Positions 8,420 through 17,312 of a stretch of DNA of 64,000 nt are shown one piece after another (positions within the stretch are counted from its first letter, which is position 1; every line of letters begins with the position of its first letter). Under the pieces are notes generated by a model. The model was not told where the DNA came from. It did not search any database and was given only the letters and a program-made list of their open reading frames with translations. Source of the DNA: Candidatus Dormiibacterota bacterium (GTDB taxonomy: Bacteria > Chloroflexota > Dormibacteria > Aeolococcales > Aeolococcaceae); assembly GCA_027365835.1 (NCBI GenBank), contig DAHXLU010000109.1, forward strand, positions 1,135 through 65,134, in the 5' to 3' direction. The position numbers and the translations under genes were made by a program.

Positions 8420-9457
8420 TTGAGTAAAGCCAGGGGCAGCGGTGGTGCGGCTGTGTCGGTGCTCACCACTGTGGGTCCAGATGGCGTGCCTGCTGGGCAA
8501 GCTGCTGCTATCTCTTCCGGAGCCGTAGAGGTTGCTGGCCATCGTGCCTTTCGCAAGAATGCAGGAGCGGATCATCTGACACTGCTTGAATCACATGCCA
8601 TCTATATTCTGAGAGAGGTTGTGGCCCAGGCAACGCGCCCGGCCCTTCTCTTTAGTGGAGGCAAGGATTCTGCAGTTCTGCTGCGGCTTTGTGAAAAAGC
8701 CTTCCGTCCTGCCAGGTTCCCCTTTCCAGTTGTTCATATAGATACTGGTCACAACTTTCCCGAGGTGCTTGCATTCCGGGACGCCGAAATTGCGCGCCTT
8801 GGCGAGCAGATGCTGGTGTTTCCGGTGGAGAGTACCATCCAGAGTGGCAGGGTTCAGGATCCTGGGCACGGTGTCTCTCGCAACCGGCTGCAGAGCGTAA
8901 CCTTGCTGGACGCCATAACTGGGCATGGGTTTGACGCCTGCATCGGTGGGGCGCGCAGGGATGAAGACAAGGCCAGGGCAAAGGAGCGGGTGTTGTCGTT
9001 TCGAAACCGGTTTGGGGAATGGGATCCGCGGAACCAGCGCCCAGAGCTGTGGCATCTCTACTCTGGGCGGGTGTCACCAGGCGAGCACGTGCGCGCGTTT
9101 CCCCTGTCGGACTGGACGGAGCTTGATGTGTGGCAGTACATAGAGAGGGAAAATATTCCGCTGCCAGGTCTGTACTTTGCCCACCGGCGAAGAGTCGTCC
9201 CCCGCAATGGGATGCTGCTCGCAGAGTCACAGTGGGTCCAGGCCAGCCCTTCCGAACCAGCAAAGGAGGCGATGGTGCGCTTTCGCACAGTCGGTGATGC
9301 CACCTGTACTGGTGCGGTGCTCTCGGCTGCTACCAGTGTCGCTGCTGTTATCGCTGAGACCGCTACCTCCAGGTTCAGCGAGCGTGGGCAGACCCGCGCA
9401 GACGACAGGTTCTCTCCCAGCTCGATGGAAGATCGCAAGAAGGAAGGCTATTTTTGA
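8420..9457 (+). CDS. cysD: sulfate adenylyltransferase subunit 2
   Basis: ORF 8366..9457. TTG 8420 lies 6 nt after a GGAGG core (8409-8413), so the start is uncertain; GTG alternatives are at 8453-8486. Conserved LLESHAIYILREV, LFSGGKDSAVLLRL and DEDKARAKERV. Confidence 0.9.
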   Translation: MSKARGSGGAAVSVLTTVGPDGVPAGQAAAISSGAVEVAGHRAFRKNAGADHLTLLESHAIYILREVVAQATRPALLFSGGKDSAVLLRLCEKAFRPARFPFPVVHIDTGHNFPEVLAFRDAEIARLGEQMLVFPVESTIQSGRVQDPGHGVSRNRLQSVTLLDAITGHGFDACIGGARRDEDKARAKERVLSFRNRFGEWDPRNQRPELWHLYSGRVSPGEHVRAFPLSDWTELDVWQYIERENIPLPGLYFAHRRRVVPRNGMLLAESQWVQASPSEPAKEAMVRFRTVGDATCTGAVLSAATSVAAVIAETATSRFSERGQTRADDRFSPSSMEDRKKEGYF

Positions 9458-10752
9458 GCAGCAGTACCGAGATTGCGGTTCAGTCTGGGGTGGCAGCGCA
9501 CATGCCAGGAGAGATGTCGCTGCTACGCCTTGCTACAATCGGCTCTGTAGACGACGGAAAGTCCACCCTGATCGGCCGCTTGCTCTGCGATGCGCGGCAG
9601 CTTTTTGACGACCAGGTGGAGGCAGTTGCAGTAGCCAGCCGGGCAGCCGGTATGAGTGACTTTGATCTCGCCATGGTGACCGATGGCTTGCGCTCCGAGC
9701 GGGAGCAGGGGATCACGATAGATGTTGCCTACCGGTACGCAGCCACTCCGACCCGCAAGTTCATAATTGCGGATTGCCCTGGGCATCTACAGTACACGAG
9801 GAACATGGCGACCGGCTGCTCCACAGCAGATCTGGCACTGGTGGTGGTTGATGTCACAGCTGGGCTTGGGATTCAGACCCGCAGGCACCTCTGTATCGCG
9901 GCGTTGCTGGGGGTACGCAGGGTGGTTGTCGCAGTCAACAAGATGGACATTGTTGACTGGGAAAAGGGGCGGTTTGATTGCGTAGCGGAGGAGACACGCG
10001 CACTGCTATCCCGCCTTGGTTTTACCGACGTAACCCTTATTCCAATATCGGCTCTCCGGGGAGGCAATGTGGTCGACCAGGAGCCCCTGGACTGGTACCA
10101 GGGACCAACCCTGCTTCATGCCCTGGAACGGGCAGACATATCTGCCAGCGATGAGCCGGCCATCCCCTGGCGGCTCCCAGTGCAGTGGGTGCTGCGCCAC
10201 CCCGATGGCCGCAGGTCCTATGCTGGCATGGTGGCCAGGGGCACAATGACAGTCGGGGACGCAGTTCTCGTCGGCCCAAGGCAGGCAGCCAGGGTCGTTG
10301 CCATAGATGGCCCAGGGGGCCGCGTCGACGCAGCAGGTCCCGGAATCTCTGCGAGCATTTTCCTTTCAGATGATGTGGACCTGGGCCGCGGCGACATGAT
10401 GTGTTCAGCAGATTCGCCCGCAGCTCACGTTTCCGATTTTTCTGCCACCCTTTGCTGGTTTGGTGAGCGTCCGCTAACGTCAGGAGACCGGTTCTTCCTG
10501 AAGCACACCACACGCGAGACCAGGGCCGTGATAACAAAGCTGTGCGGCGTGCTGGATGTCGAAAAGCTCGGCATGAATCCAGTGGATGTTGCCCAGAACA
10601 ATGACATCGTCATGGTGGAGGTTTCGGTTTCCCAGCCGCTGGCCCTGGATGCCTATGCTGTGAGCCGCAGCACGGGTGCCTTTATCCTCATGGAAGAGGG
10701 GACCGGCACTACTGTCGGCGCTGGAATGGTGGGAAGCCCTTCGTTTTTCTAG
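9454..10752 (+). CDS. cysN: sulfate adenylyltransferase subunit 1 (GTPase), no fused APS-kinase domain
   Basis: The TTG start overlaps the cysD stop (TTGA). GTPase motifs GSVDDGKSTLIGRLL, DCPGH and NKMD. At 432 aa it is too short to include a CysC domain. Confidence 0.9.
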   Translation: MSSSTEIAVQSGVAAHMPGEMSLLRLATIGSVDDGKSTLIGRLLCDARQLFDDQVEAVAVASRAAGMSDFDLAMVTDGLRSEREQGITIDVAYRYAATPTRKFIIADCPGHLQYTRNMATGCSTADLALVVVDVTAGLGIQTRRHLCIAALLGVRRVVVAVNKMDIVDWEKGRFDCVAEETRALLSRLGFTDVTLIPISALRGGNVVDQEPLDWYQGPTLLHALERADISASDEPAIPWRLPVQWVLRHPDGRRSYAGMVARGTMTVGDAVLVGPRQAARVVAIDGPGGRVDAAGPGISASIFLSDDVDLGRGDMMCSADSPAAHVSDFSATLCWFGERPLTSGDRFFLKHTTRETRAVITKLCGVLDVEKLGMNPVDVAQNNDIVMVEVSVSQPLALDAYAVSRSTGAFILMEEGTGTTVGAGMVGSPSFF

Positions 10753-11049
10753 GCAGGGGCCAGGGTAGCCCGTGGGCTTACCTTTGCCCGTCTCACATAT
10801 TCTGGCGTCCTCGCATATTCGTAAGCCTCATTTGCTGCCGGCCGGGTACTGCACTATCCGGTTTGGGCAGGCCCGCACCCCAGGCGCTTGAGTGTTGTCT
10901 CCTCCGCAGAGGGGCGATCCAGGCAGGATTGAGCTGGCGCTGGGAGCAGCGGCACAAAAAAGAACAGAGTGGCGATCCGGTCTGCCAAAATAGCCATGGC
11001 GCCTTGATGTCAGAGATGGGGATATCACCAGGGCTGCCAGGTTGTGCTT

Positions 11050-11125
<76 letters not shown>

Positions 11126-11577
11126 CTTACTTCCCTGGGGATTACGCAGCACTGCCTACATTTACCATCTGTCACTCTATGGCGATGCGGGTCAAGATCT
11201 CCCCGTGGCGATCGGCCGCCCTGCCTGCAAGGCTCTCACGAAACAGTCCTGGCTCCCCATCCATGCATCGACATTCGAAGTAACGATCGTGGTGTGACTG
11301 GTGAAGGCCGGAACACCTTCCTGATCCCGTGCTACGCTGTGCCTGTATTGTTGACAATCAGGAGCGCGGCGCATGTGGCCTTCCCACCGCCTCGGGTTTC
11401 TGGCACTGTTTGGCTGTAGTTTGCATCTCTGTAACCCCGGTCCCGGCCAGCGATCTGTGTCCTGCAACCGGAGCTGCTCCCACTAAGCGTTTTTGTGTCA
11501 CCCGGCAGCAACCTGCAAGAGGAGAGTTTCCAGTTACCGGTCTGGCGAGGGTGCATGCAACTCCGGCTGATTTTCTC

Positions 11578-11937
11578 ATGTCGGGAATGGAACTTACCAT
11601 AGGACTAAACGACATACCGGTTGTTTCTCAGCAACAGGAAGAGCGGATTGCACTCCACTACCCCATTACCCAGGATCCATTCCTGCAGCGCAATGTGCAT
11701 CCGCCTGCGCCTCCATGTGCAGCGGGCGCCGTGCTTGCCGTGTTCAACGCGAACTACCTTCTTTCCCCTCAGACGACTGCATCGAAGCGGACCCTCATCT
11801 GGATTGTCGACATTTACGCACGTGATGTTTTTTACGTCCCTGCCGGCAATATTGGGGGATATAGCGAGATATTCAGCAACACACTCGTCTGGGTCGACGC
11901 AACCAACGGCCAGATCGTGAGTGCAACGGGCGGATAG
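11578..11937 (+). CDS. hypothetical small protein (PepSY-like C-terminal motif?)
   Basis: Inner ATG of ORF 11329..11937 (MSGMELTIGLNDIPVV...TLVWVDATNGQIVSATGG*). Its codon third positions look more A/T-rich than those of neighbouring genes. No family recognised with certainty, and the start is uncertain. Confidence 0.35.
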   Translation: MSGMELTIGLNDIPVVSQQQEERIALHYPITQDPFLQRNVHPPAPPCAAGAVLAVFNANYLLSPQTTASKRTLIWIVDIYARDVFYVPAGNIGGYSEIFSNTLVWVDATNGQIVSATGG

Positions 11938-12131
11938 CGACCCCCGGTCGAACTCAGCCCAGCATTTCTGCTGCTCGCACACATTGGCTCCAAAACTGGC
12001 CCTGCGGCCTACGGGTCAGGGATTGGTTGATTGCCCCGTTACTTGCCTGGCACAGTGTCCATGCTCGCCCGAGGCGGGTTTCCAAATGGCGACGCGGACC
12101 ATTTTGGTAAGGGGTGGCAGGCAGGTAAGTC

Positions 12132-13121
12132 ATGCTGGGTTGTATCGTAGGCTGCATGCTCCCAGCTTCTCCACTGTTTCTGGTCTGCGGTGACGAGTCG
12201 GTGCTGGTGCGGGCTGCGGTGGGGCGCTGGCGCACTGAATGTGGTGCGCTTGGACTGGATCTGGAGCTGCTGGATCACCCTGCCAGTCTGGGGGCTCTGA
12301 CCACTGCGCTTACTGAAGGCTCACTCTTTGCCGAGGAGAGGGCGCTGCTGGTCAAGGATTTCACCTATCTGCTGGAAAAAGGCAACAAGGGAGCTGCATC
12401 CCTTGAGCAACTGGTCCGTGCACTGCATGGGAGACCAGAAGAGCTTGCTGTCTGTTTTTCTGCCAGCTTGCTCCCCGAGAGCCATCCACTGGTAAAAGCA
12501 GTGCGGGAGCTTGGAGGAAAGGTTGAGAGATGCGAAAAGATGAAGGGGCGTGCACTCACCGCATGGGCAGAACAGCTGCTTCGGGGAGCATCCTTCACTC
12601 CTACACCGCAGGCCCGGGCTGAACTGCTGGGGCTCGCCAGTGAGGGCGCAGAGCTCTTCTCAAACGAGGTTGCAAAGCTGGAGTCTCTCTTTGCTGGGCA
12701 GTCGGTTGGGGTCGATGAGATTCGTCGCTACGTGAGTCTGGAGGGAGGTGCAGAGGCATGGCAGCTGCTCGACGATCTTTGCCGCAGCCCTGGCGATGCG
12801 ATGGGTCGCATGGAGCTGCTTCTTTCGCGGGGCAATGCTCCAGTCCAGCTGCTGGGATCGCTTGCGCTCCAGGTACACGATCTTCTTGCAGTCGCCTCTG
12901 CCATCGCATCCTCACCGCCAGGAGGGGCAGCGCAGCTTGGGATGCCACCATGGAAGTTCGAACAGGTGAGCAGGCTTTCAAGAAAAGTGGGGCTCAATCG
13001 GGCCCAGCGATGGCTGGCGCTCCTCCATTACGCTGACCTGGCATCCAAGCGCGGAGATGCTGAGCCACAGGCAGCCTTGCAGCTGGCGCTGGCTCAGATG
13101 GCCCAGTCACTGGGGGCCTAG
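12132..13121 (+). CDS. holA: DNA polymerase III subunit delta
   Basis: 329 aa. The N-terminus (PLFLVCGDESVLV) and length fit HolA. It sits divergently next to rpsT, as in Firmicutes and Actinobacteria. Alternative start at ATG 12156. Confidence 0.75.
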   Translation: MLGCIVGCMLPASPLFLVCGDESVLVRAAVGRWRTECGALGLDLELLDHPASLGALTTALTEGSLFAEERALLVKDFTYLLEKGNKGAASLEQLVRALHGRPEELAVCFSASLLPESHPLVKAVRELGGKVERCEKMKGRALTAWAEQLLRGASFTPTPQARAELLGLASEGAELFSNEVAKLESLFAGQSVGVDEIRRYVSLEGGAEAWQLLDDLCRSPGDAMGRMELLLSRGNAPVQLLGSLALQVHDLLAVASAIASSPPGGAAQLGMPPWKFEQVSRLSRKVGLNRAQRWLALLHYADLASKRGDAEPQAALQLALAQMAQSLGA

Positions 13122-13267
13122 TCAGTGCGGACCAGAAGGCCCTGGTAAGGTCTGTCAGGCTCCTGGCTGTGGCCAGCGAATAGAGCGTTGGCCTCGCACG
13201 CCGTATCCAGTACCTGGTCCAGTATGGACGGAGTGGCAGTGAGCGTCCTGTCCCCCCTGAGGCCGGG

Positions 13268-13726
13268 TCAGGCTTTTTTCGCAGGCGCCTTGGCGGGTGT
13301 TTTCCTGGCGGTGGAGGTGGTCTTTTTTGTCGTAGCGCTGGCGGTTGTCCTTGTTCTGGTGCGCACTGCTTTTGCCGCAGCTACAGGTTTGCGTACTGTC
13401 CTGCCAGCCACCTTTGCGGTAGCCACCTCAACTGCATCGGCATCTCCCTCAGCAGCCTTCATGATCGCTGCTATCTGTGCCATGAGCCGACTCTTGCGAC
13501 GGGCGACATTGTTCCTGTGGAGGATTCCTTTCTCTGCTGCCTTGTCAAGGGAGCTCACTGCAGTTATGAGCTGTGCTGTCAGCTCGGAGGCAGCGGCAGT
13601 TCCTGACACAGCCAGCTTGCGCACCGTTGCCACCCGTGTACGCACGGCGGATCGTACCGTACGGTTGCGAATATGTTTTGCCTCATTGGCACGGATACGC
13701 TTCTTTGCTGAACGGGAATTGGCCAC
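13268..13726 (-). CDS. rpsT: 30S ribosomal protein S20 with a long basic C-terminal extension
   Basis: The N-terminus MANSRSAKKRIRANEAKHIRNRTVRSAVRTRV...LHRNNVARRKSRL is canonical S20. The protein is 152 aa in total, ending in an Ala/Lys/Thr/Arg-rich tail. Confidence 0.9.
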   Translation of the reverse strand: MANSRSAKKRIRANEAKHIRNRTVRSAVRTRVATVRKLAVSGTAAASELTAQLITAVSSLDKAAEKGILHRNNVARRKSRLMAQIAAIMKAAEGDADAVEVATAKVAGRTVRKPVAAAKAVRTRTRTTASATTKKTTSTARKTPAKAPAKKA

Positions 13727-13873
13727 TTATTCTCCTGGTGTGTTTTTAGGCAGAAACTCTCCATCCTGGGGCGCCTGCCGGTCCTGACTACCTGCAAAGT
13801 ATATCAACTCGATCCCCCGCACACAGTTATCGCGGATGGTATGCACTGCGGCAGGGTGTGTCACCATAATCCC

Positions 13874-14752
13874 ATGCTGGTGGTTCCCGCTTACGCCAAG
13901 CTCAATCTGTCGCTGGAGATCCGGGGAAAACTGCCAGGCGGCTGGCATGACCTGGATTCGCTTGTGGTTCTGATTTCTATCCGGGATCTTGTGGGAATCT
14001 CACTGCAGCCGTCGCACAGGAACCCCTCAGAGCCCGGCCCTCCCATCCAGCTCACAGGGCCGTTTGCCTCCCAGGCGCCAGCGGATGCTACCAATCTGGC
14101 CGCCCAGGCGCTCCGCCTCGGGACTGCGGGTCGACAGGCGGAGGGAGAGCTGCAAGTCAGCTGGCTCCACAAACGTATTCCCGCCAGGGCTGGCCTTGGT
14201 GGAGGTTCATCAGATGCCGCAAGCGTCCTTTTTGCGCTGGCTCCTCCAGAGCGGTTTTCTACGGACGAGTTGCTCTCACTTGGCAGTGATGTTCCCCTCT
14301 TCCAGTGTGGGACCGCAGTGAGAATCCGTGGGCGGGGGGAGAAAGTTGTGCGTGTACGGGCTCCAGCCATCTGGTTTGCAATTGCCGTTGCCGGTACGGT
14401 AGACACGGGCGCTGCCTTTGGCATGGTGCAGCCCGCAGATTTGTCAGATGGGAGTCGAACTACCAGACTGGTGGAGTTGCTTGCACGTGGGGAGGTTGAC
14501 CCCTCCCTGATGGGCAGCGCCCTTGAACGAGCAGCGATTGCGACGGCTCCTGAAATTGGTGCAAAGCTCAAGCGTTTGCGTCAGGATGGCGCGTCATGGG
14601 CAGTTACAGGCTCGGGGGGCGCAGTGTTTCTGGCGTCTTCGAAAGAGGCAGAGGCCAGGGAGGCATGCAGGAAGGCGCAGGCGCTGGGCCTTCCTGCGTG
14701 GGTGGCCCAGGCGCTGGGCTACGCCTTGGCCGGCAGCCCGGGGTTTGGCTGA
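13874..14752 (+). CDS. ispE: 4-diphosphocytidyl-2-C-methyl-D-erythritol kinase
   Basis: ORF 13841..14752. The homology-consistent start is ATG 13874 (MLVVPAYAKLNLSLEIRGKLPGGWHDLDS). GHMP kinase motif IPARAGLGGGSSDAASVL. Confidence 0.9.
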   Translation: MLVVPAYAKLNLSLEIRGKLPGGWHDLDSLVVLISIRDLVGISLQPSHRNPSEPGPPIQLTGPFASQAPADATNLAAQALRLGTAGRQAEGELQVSWLHKRIPARAGLGGGSSDAASVLFALAPPERFSTDELLSLGSDVPLFQCGTAVRIRGRGEKVVRVRAPAIWFAIAVAGTVDTGAAFGMVQPADLSDGSRTTRLVELLARGEVDPSLMGSALERAAIATAPEIGAKLKRLRQDGASWAVTGSGGAVFLASSKEAEAREACRKAQALGLPAWVAQALGYALAGSPGFG

Positions 14753-14823
14753 GGCGGCATGGGAAAGGCTATTTTGGCAGGGTACACCGTGACGGTCTGG
14801 CGTCTGTCATCGTTGGACCTGCA

Positions 14824-16308
14824 GTGATTGCACAGAATTCGCTTCGGACAGTAGCAGCGGTAGCTGCAGGGAAGGCAGCTGGAGCTGCAAGCCGCCTGCT
14901 GGGCCGGGGAGGAGGAACCACGATTCCCGGGGATGTTGCCCGTGCAATCGACCCTGGGATCAACCGTGCGATTTCAGGTGGTTTGCGCCGGGGATGTGTA
15001 GTGGTCACCGGCACGAACGGAAAAACGACGACTGCCGGGCTAATCACTGCTATCTGCCGGCAGGCTGGCATCTCTGTTGTTTCCAACTCTTCTGGCGCCA
15101 ATCTGGCTTTCGGTGTGACGGCAGCTCTCCTGGCAGACTGCACACTCTCAGGGGTCCCGGTCAGTGAGATGGGAGTATTTGAGGTGGATGAGCTTGCGTT
15201 TCCGGGTGTGGTTGCCGAGCTGGAGCCGTCGTGTGCAGTAGTGCTCAACTTTCTGCGTGACCAGCTGGACCGATCTGGTGAGCTGAACAGTACGGCAGCG
15301 GCAGTGGGCAGGGGTATCTCCAGGCTTGGCAAGCAGACCCGCCTCGTAGTCAATTGCGACGATCCATCGGTCGTCGCGCTTGTTCCGGAAGGCGTGGCAG
15401 CAGTCACCTTTGGAGTGGATGCCAGGTCGGTCATGTCGGCCTCCCTGCCCAGGGTGGCAGATGCACGCTTTTGCCCGAGATGCCAGCGCAGGATGGAATT
15501 TTCTGGCGTCGTGCTGGCACACTGCGGTGACTATCACTGTCCAGGTTGTGGATTTGTGCGCCCACAGGCGCAAGTGTCTGCAGCGTTAGTAGACGCAGAT
15601 GTGGACCAGATGGACGTTACGCTTGGGGATGGATTGCATCTGCAGTGTCAGATTGGCGGAGTCTATAACGTATACAACGTCCTGGCTGCAGTGGCAGCGT
15701 GCAGGCAGCTCGGTGTCCCAGATGACGTGATTGCAACGGCGCTGCATGACTTTGTACCTGTATTTGGGCGCCAGGAGCAGTTTTTGCTCGATGGAAAGCA
15801 GTTCCGCTTCTTTCTTGCAAAAAATCCCACCGGCATGGACGAGGTGTTTAGAACAACCATTGAATCGGGGATCTACCACAACTATCTGCTGGCGCTAAAT
15901 GACGGCATAGCAGACGGGAGAGATGTCTCATGGATCTGGGATGTGGACTTTGAGCGGCTGGCAAGCTCTGCACCAGACCTTGTTGTGGTCTCGGGCTCGC
16001 GGGCCATGGATCTGGCACTGCGCTTGAAGTACGCTGGCATCAGGAGTGGGACCGTCCTGGTAGAGCCGGATCCGGAAAAGGCGATGGCGGTTTCCTGCCA
16101 GCGCGCGCAGGATGACCGCATTGCAGTCATCCCCACCTATACAGCCATGCTCTCGCTGCGGCAGGTTGTGGAGCGGCGCGGGGCAGTTGGGCGGTACTGG
16201 GCGGCGCCTGCAGCGAAGGGGGTGCCTTTGCCAGGTAACACACCTGATGCAGCGGTTACTGCTGCGCCAGGTGAGCAGCCTATTCCCGGAGGGAAAGTAC
16301 ATGGCTAG
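14824..16308 (+). CDS. murT: lipid II isoglutaminyl synthase, Mur-ligase-like subunit MurT
   Basis: ORF 14596..16308 overlaps ispE. GTG 14824 gives an N-terminus like known MurT. Motifs: P-loop VVTGTNGKTTT, Cys4 ribbon CPRCQ...CPGCG, and the DUF1727-type motif DVSWIWDVDFE. Confidence 0.85.
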   Translation: MIAQNSLRTVAAVAAGKAAGAASRLLGRGGGTTIPGDVARAIDPGINRAISGGLRRGCVVVTGTNGKTTTAGLITAICRQAGISVVSNSSGANLAFGVTAALLADCTLSGVPVSEMGVFEVDELAFPGVVAELEPSCAVVLNFLRDQLDRSGELNSTAAAVGRGISRLGKQTRLVVNCDDPSVVALVPEGVAAVTFGVDARSVMSASLPRVADARFCPRCQRRMEFSGVVLAHCGDYHCPGCGFVRPQAQVSAALVDADVDQMDVTLGDGLHLQCQIGGVYNVYNVLAAVAACRQLGVPDDVIATALHDFVPVFGRQEQFLLDGKQFRFFLAKNPTGMDEVFRTTIESGIYHNYLLALNDGIADGRDVSWIWDVDFERLASSAPDLVVVSGSRAMDLALRLKYAGIRSGTVLVEPDPEKAMAVSCQRAQDDRIAVIPTYTAMLSLRQVVERRGAVGRYWAAPAAKGVPLPGNTPDAAVTAAPGEQPIPGGKVHG

Positions 16309-17092
16309 GATGGAGGCAACTGCACGTCCTCTCAGGATTGGTCATCTGTACCCAGATCTCATGAACATCTATGGCGATTTGGGTAATGTGATTGCCCTGC
16401 GCAACCGGGCGGCCTGGAGGAACATTCCGGTCGAGGTGGTGGAGCTGGGTGAAGGCAGCTGGGACGCTCGGGAAGTGGATATCTTTTTTATCGGTGGCGG
16501 GCAGGACCTGGACCAGTCGCGGATGTACCTTGACCTGCTGGGCAAGCGCAGCCAGCTGGTGTCGGCAGTAACTTCCGGTGCAGCGATCCTGGCTGTCTGT
16601 GGCGGATACCAGCTGCTGGGGCATGCATACAGTGATGCGCATGGAAAGGTGCTGGAGGGGATAGGCCTTATCGATGGCACAACTACAGCAGGTGAGGGAC
16701 GCTGGATAGGCAATGTAGTGGTTGAGGCAGGAGAAGCGCTTGGTCTGGGCCCGGTTCCCCTGGCCGGATTCGAGAATCATGGCGGCAATACCTGGCTGGG
16801 CAGCGGCGTCGCCCCCCTTGGCCGGGTACTGGTTGGGGGAGGAAACAACGGTGTGGATGGGACGGAAGGAGCAGTGCAGGGCAACGTCATCGGGACCTAC
16901 CTTCATGGATCCTTTCTGCCACGAAATCCCAGAGTGGCAGACTGGCTGCTGGCAGCCGGTCTGCGCCACCGGGACAAGGCATGGATCGGGCCGCTGGCCG
17001 ATCTGGATGACACAGTTGAGTTGGCGGCCCAGCGAAGCGCGGTTGCGATAGCCATGGCTGAAAAGGGAAGAAAAGCGGTTGCCCGTGCCTGA
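16301..17092 (+). CDS. gatD: lipid II isoglutaminyl synthase, glutaminase subunit GatD (CobQ-type amidotransferase)
   Basis: ATG 16301 overlaps the murT stop by 8 nt. MARMEATARPLRIGHLYPDLMNIYGD. Catalytic CGGYQLLG and the GTYLHG histidine region. Confidence 0.85.
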   Translation: MARMEATARPLRIGHLYPDLMNIYGDLGNVIALRNRAAWRNIPVEVVELGEGSWDAREVDIFFIGGGQDLDQSRMYLDLLGKRSQLVSAVTSGAAILAVCGGYQLLGHAYSDAHGKVLEGIGLIDGTTTAGEGRWIGNVVVEAGEALGLGPVPLAGFENHGGNTWLGSGVAPLGRVLVGGGNNGVDGTEGAVQGNVIGTYLHGSFLPRNPRVADWLLAAGLRHRDKAWIGPLADLDDTVELAAQRSAVAIAMAEKGRKAVARA

Positions 17093-17312
17093 CCGGGATG
17101 CCCGCCGCGTGCGCAATAGGGTGAGCGGCCCGGCAGCGCCCGCATCCGGTGTGGAGCTTTTGGCTCCTTCCCCTGGAAGAGCCATTGCCGCTCATGGAAT
17201 GTGGCCTTTGCGGCATCATGGAGGAAGAGTCGCAGCGGTTTGGCCCCACCTGGAGGGTGTGATGGAGCCCAGGCCGCTGTTATCTGGGGCAGATTTCAGA
17301 TAAGGAGTTAAC

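Noticed and set aside
11973-11990. 8-nt match (TGGCTCCA) to the 3' end of tRNA-Ala, as a possible att remnant
   Set aside because: A match of this length is expected by chance when any part of the tRNA 3' half is allowed over 1 kb. There is no integrase and no extended identity.
13188-13787. 199-aa plus-strand ORF
   Set aside because: It is the mirror of the unmistakable S20 gene on the minus strand. The Ala/Val-rich translation is an artefact of the Lys/Ala-rich antisense codons.
16280-17185. 301-aa minus-strand ORF
   Set aside because: It is antisense to gatD, which has catalytic CGGYQ and His motifs on the + strand.
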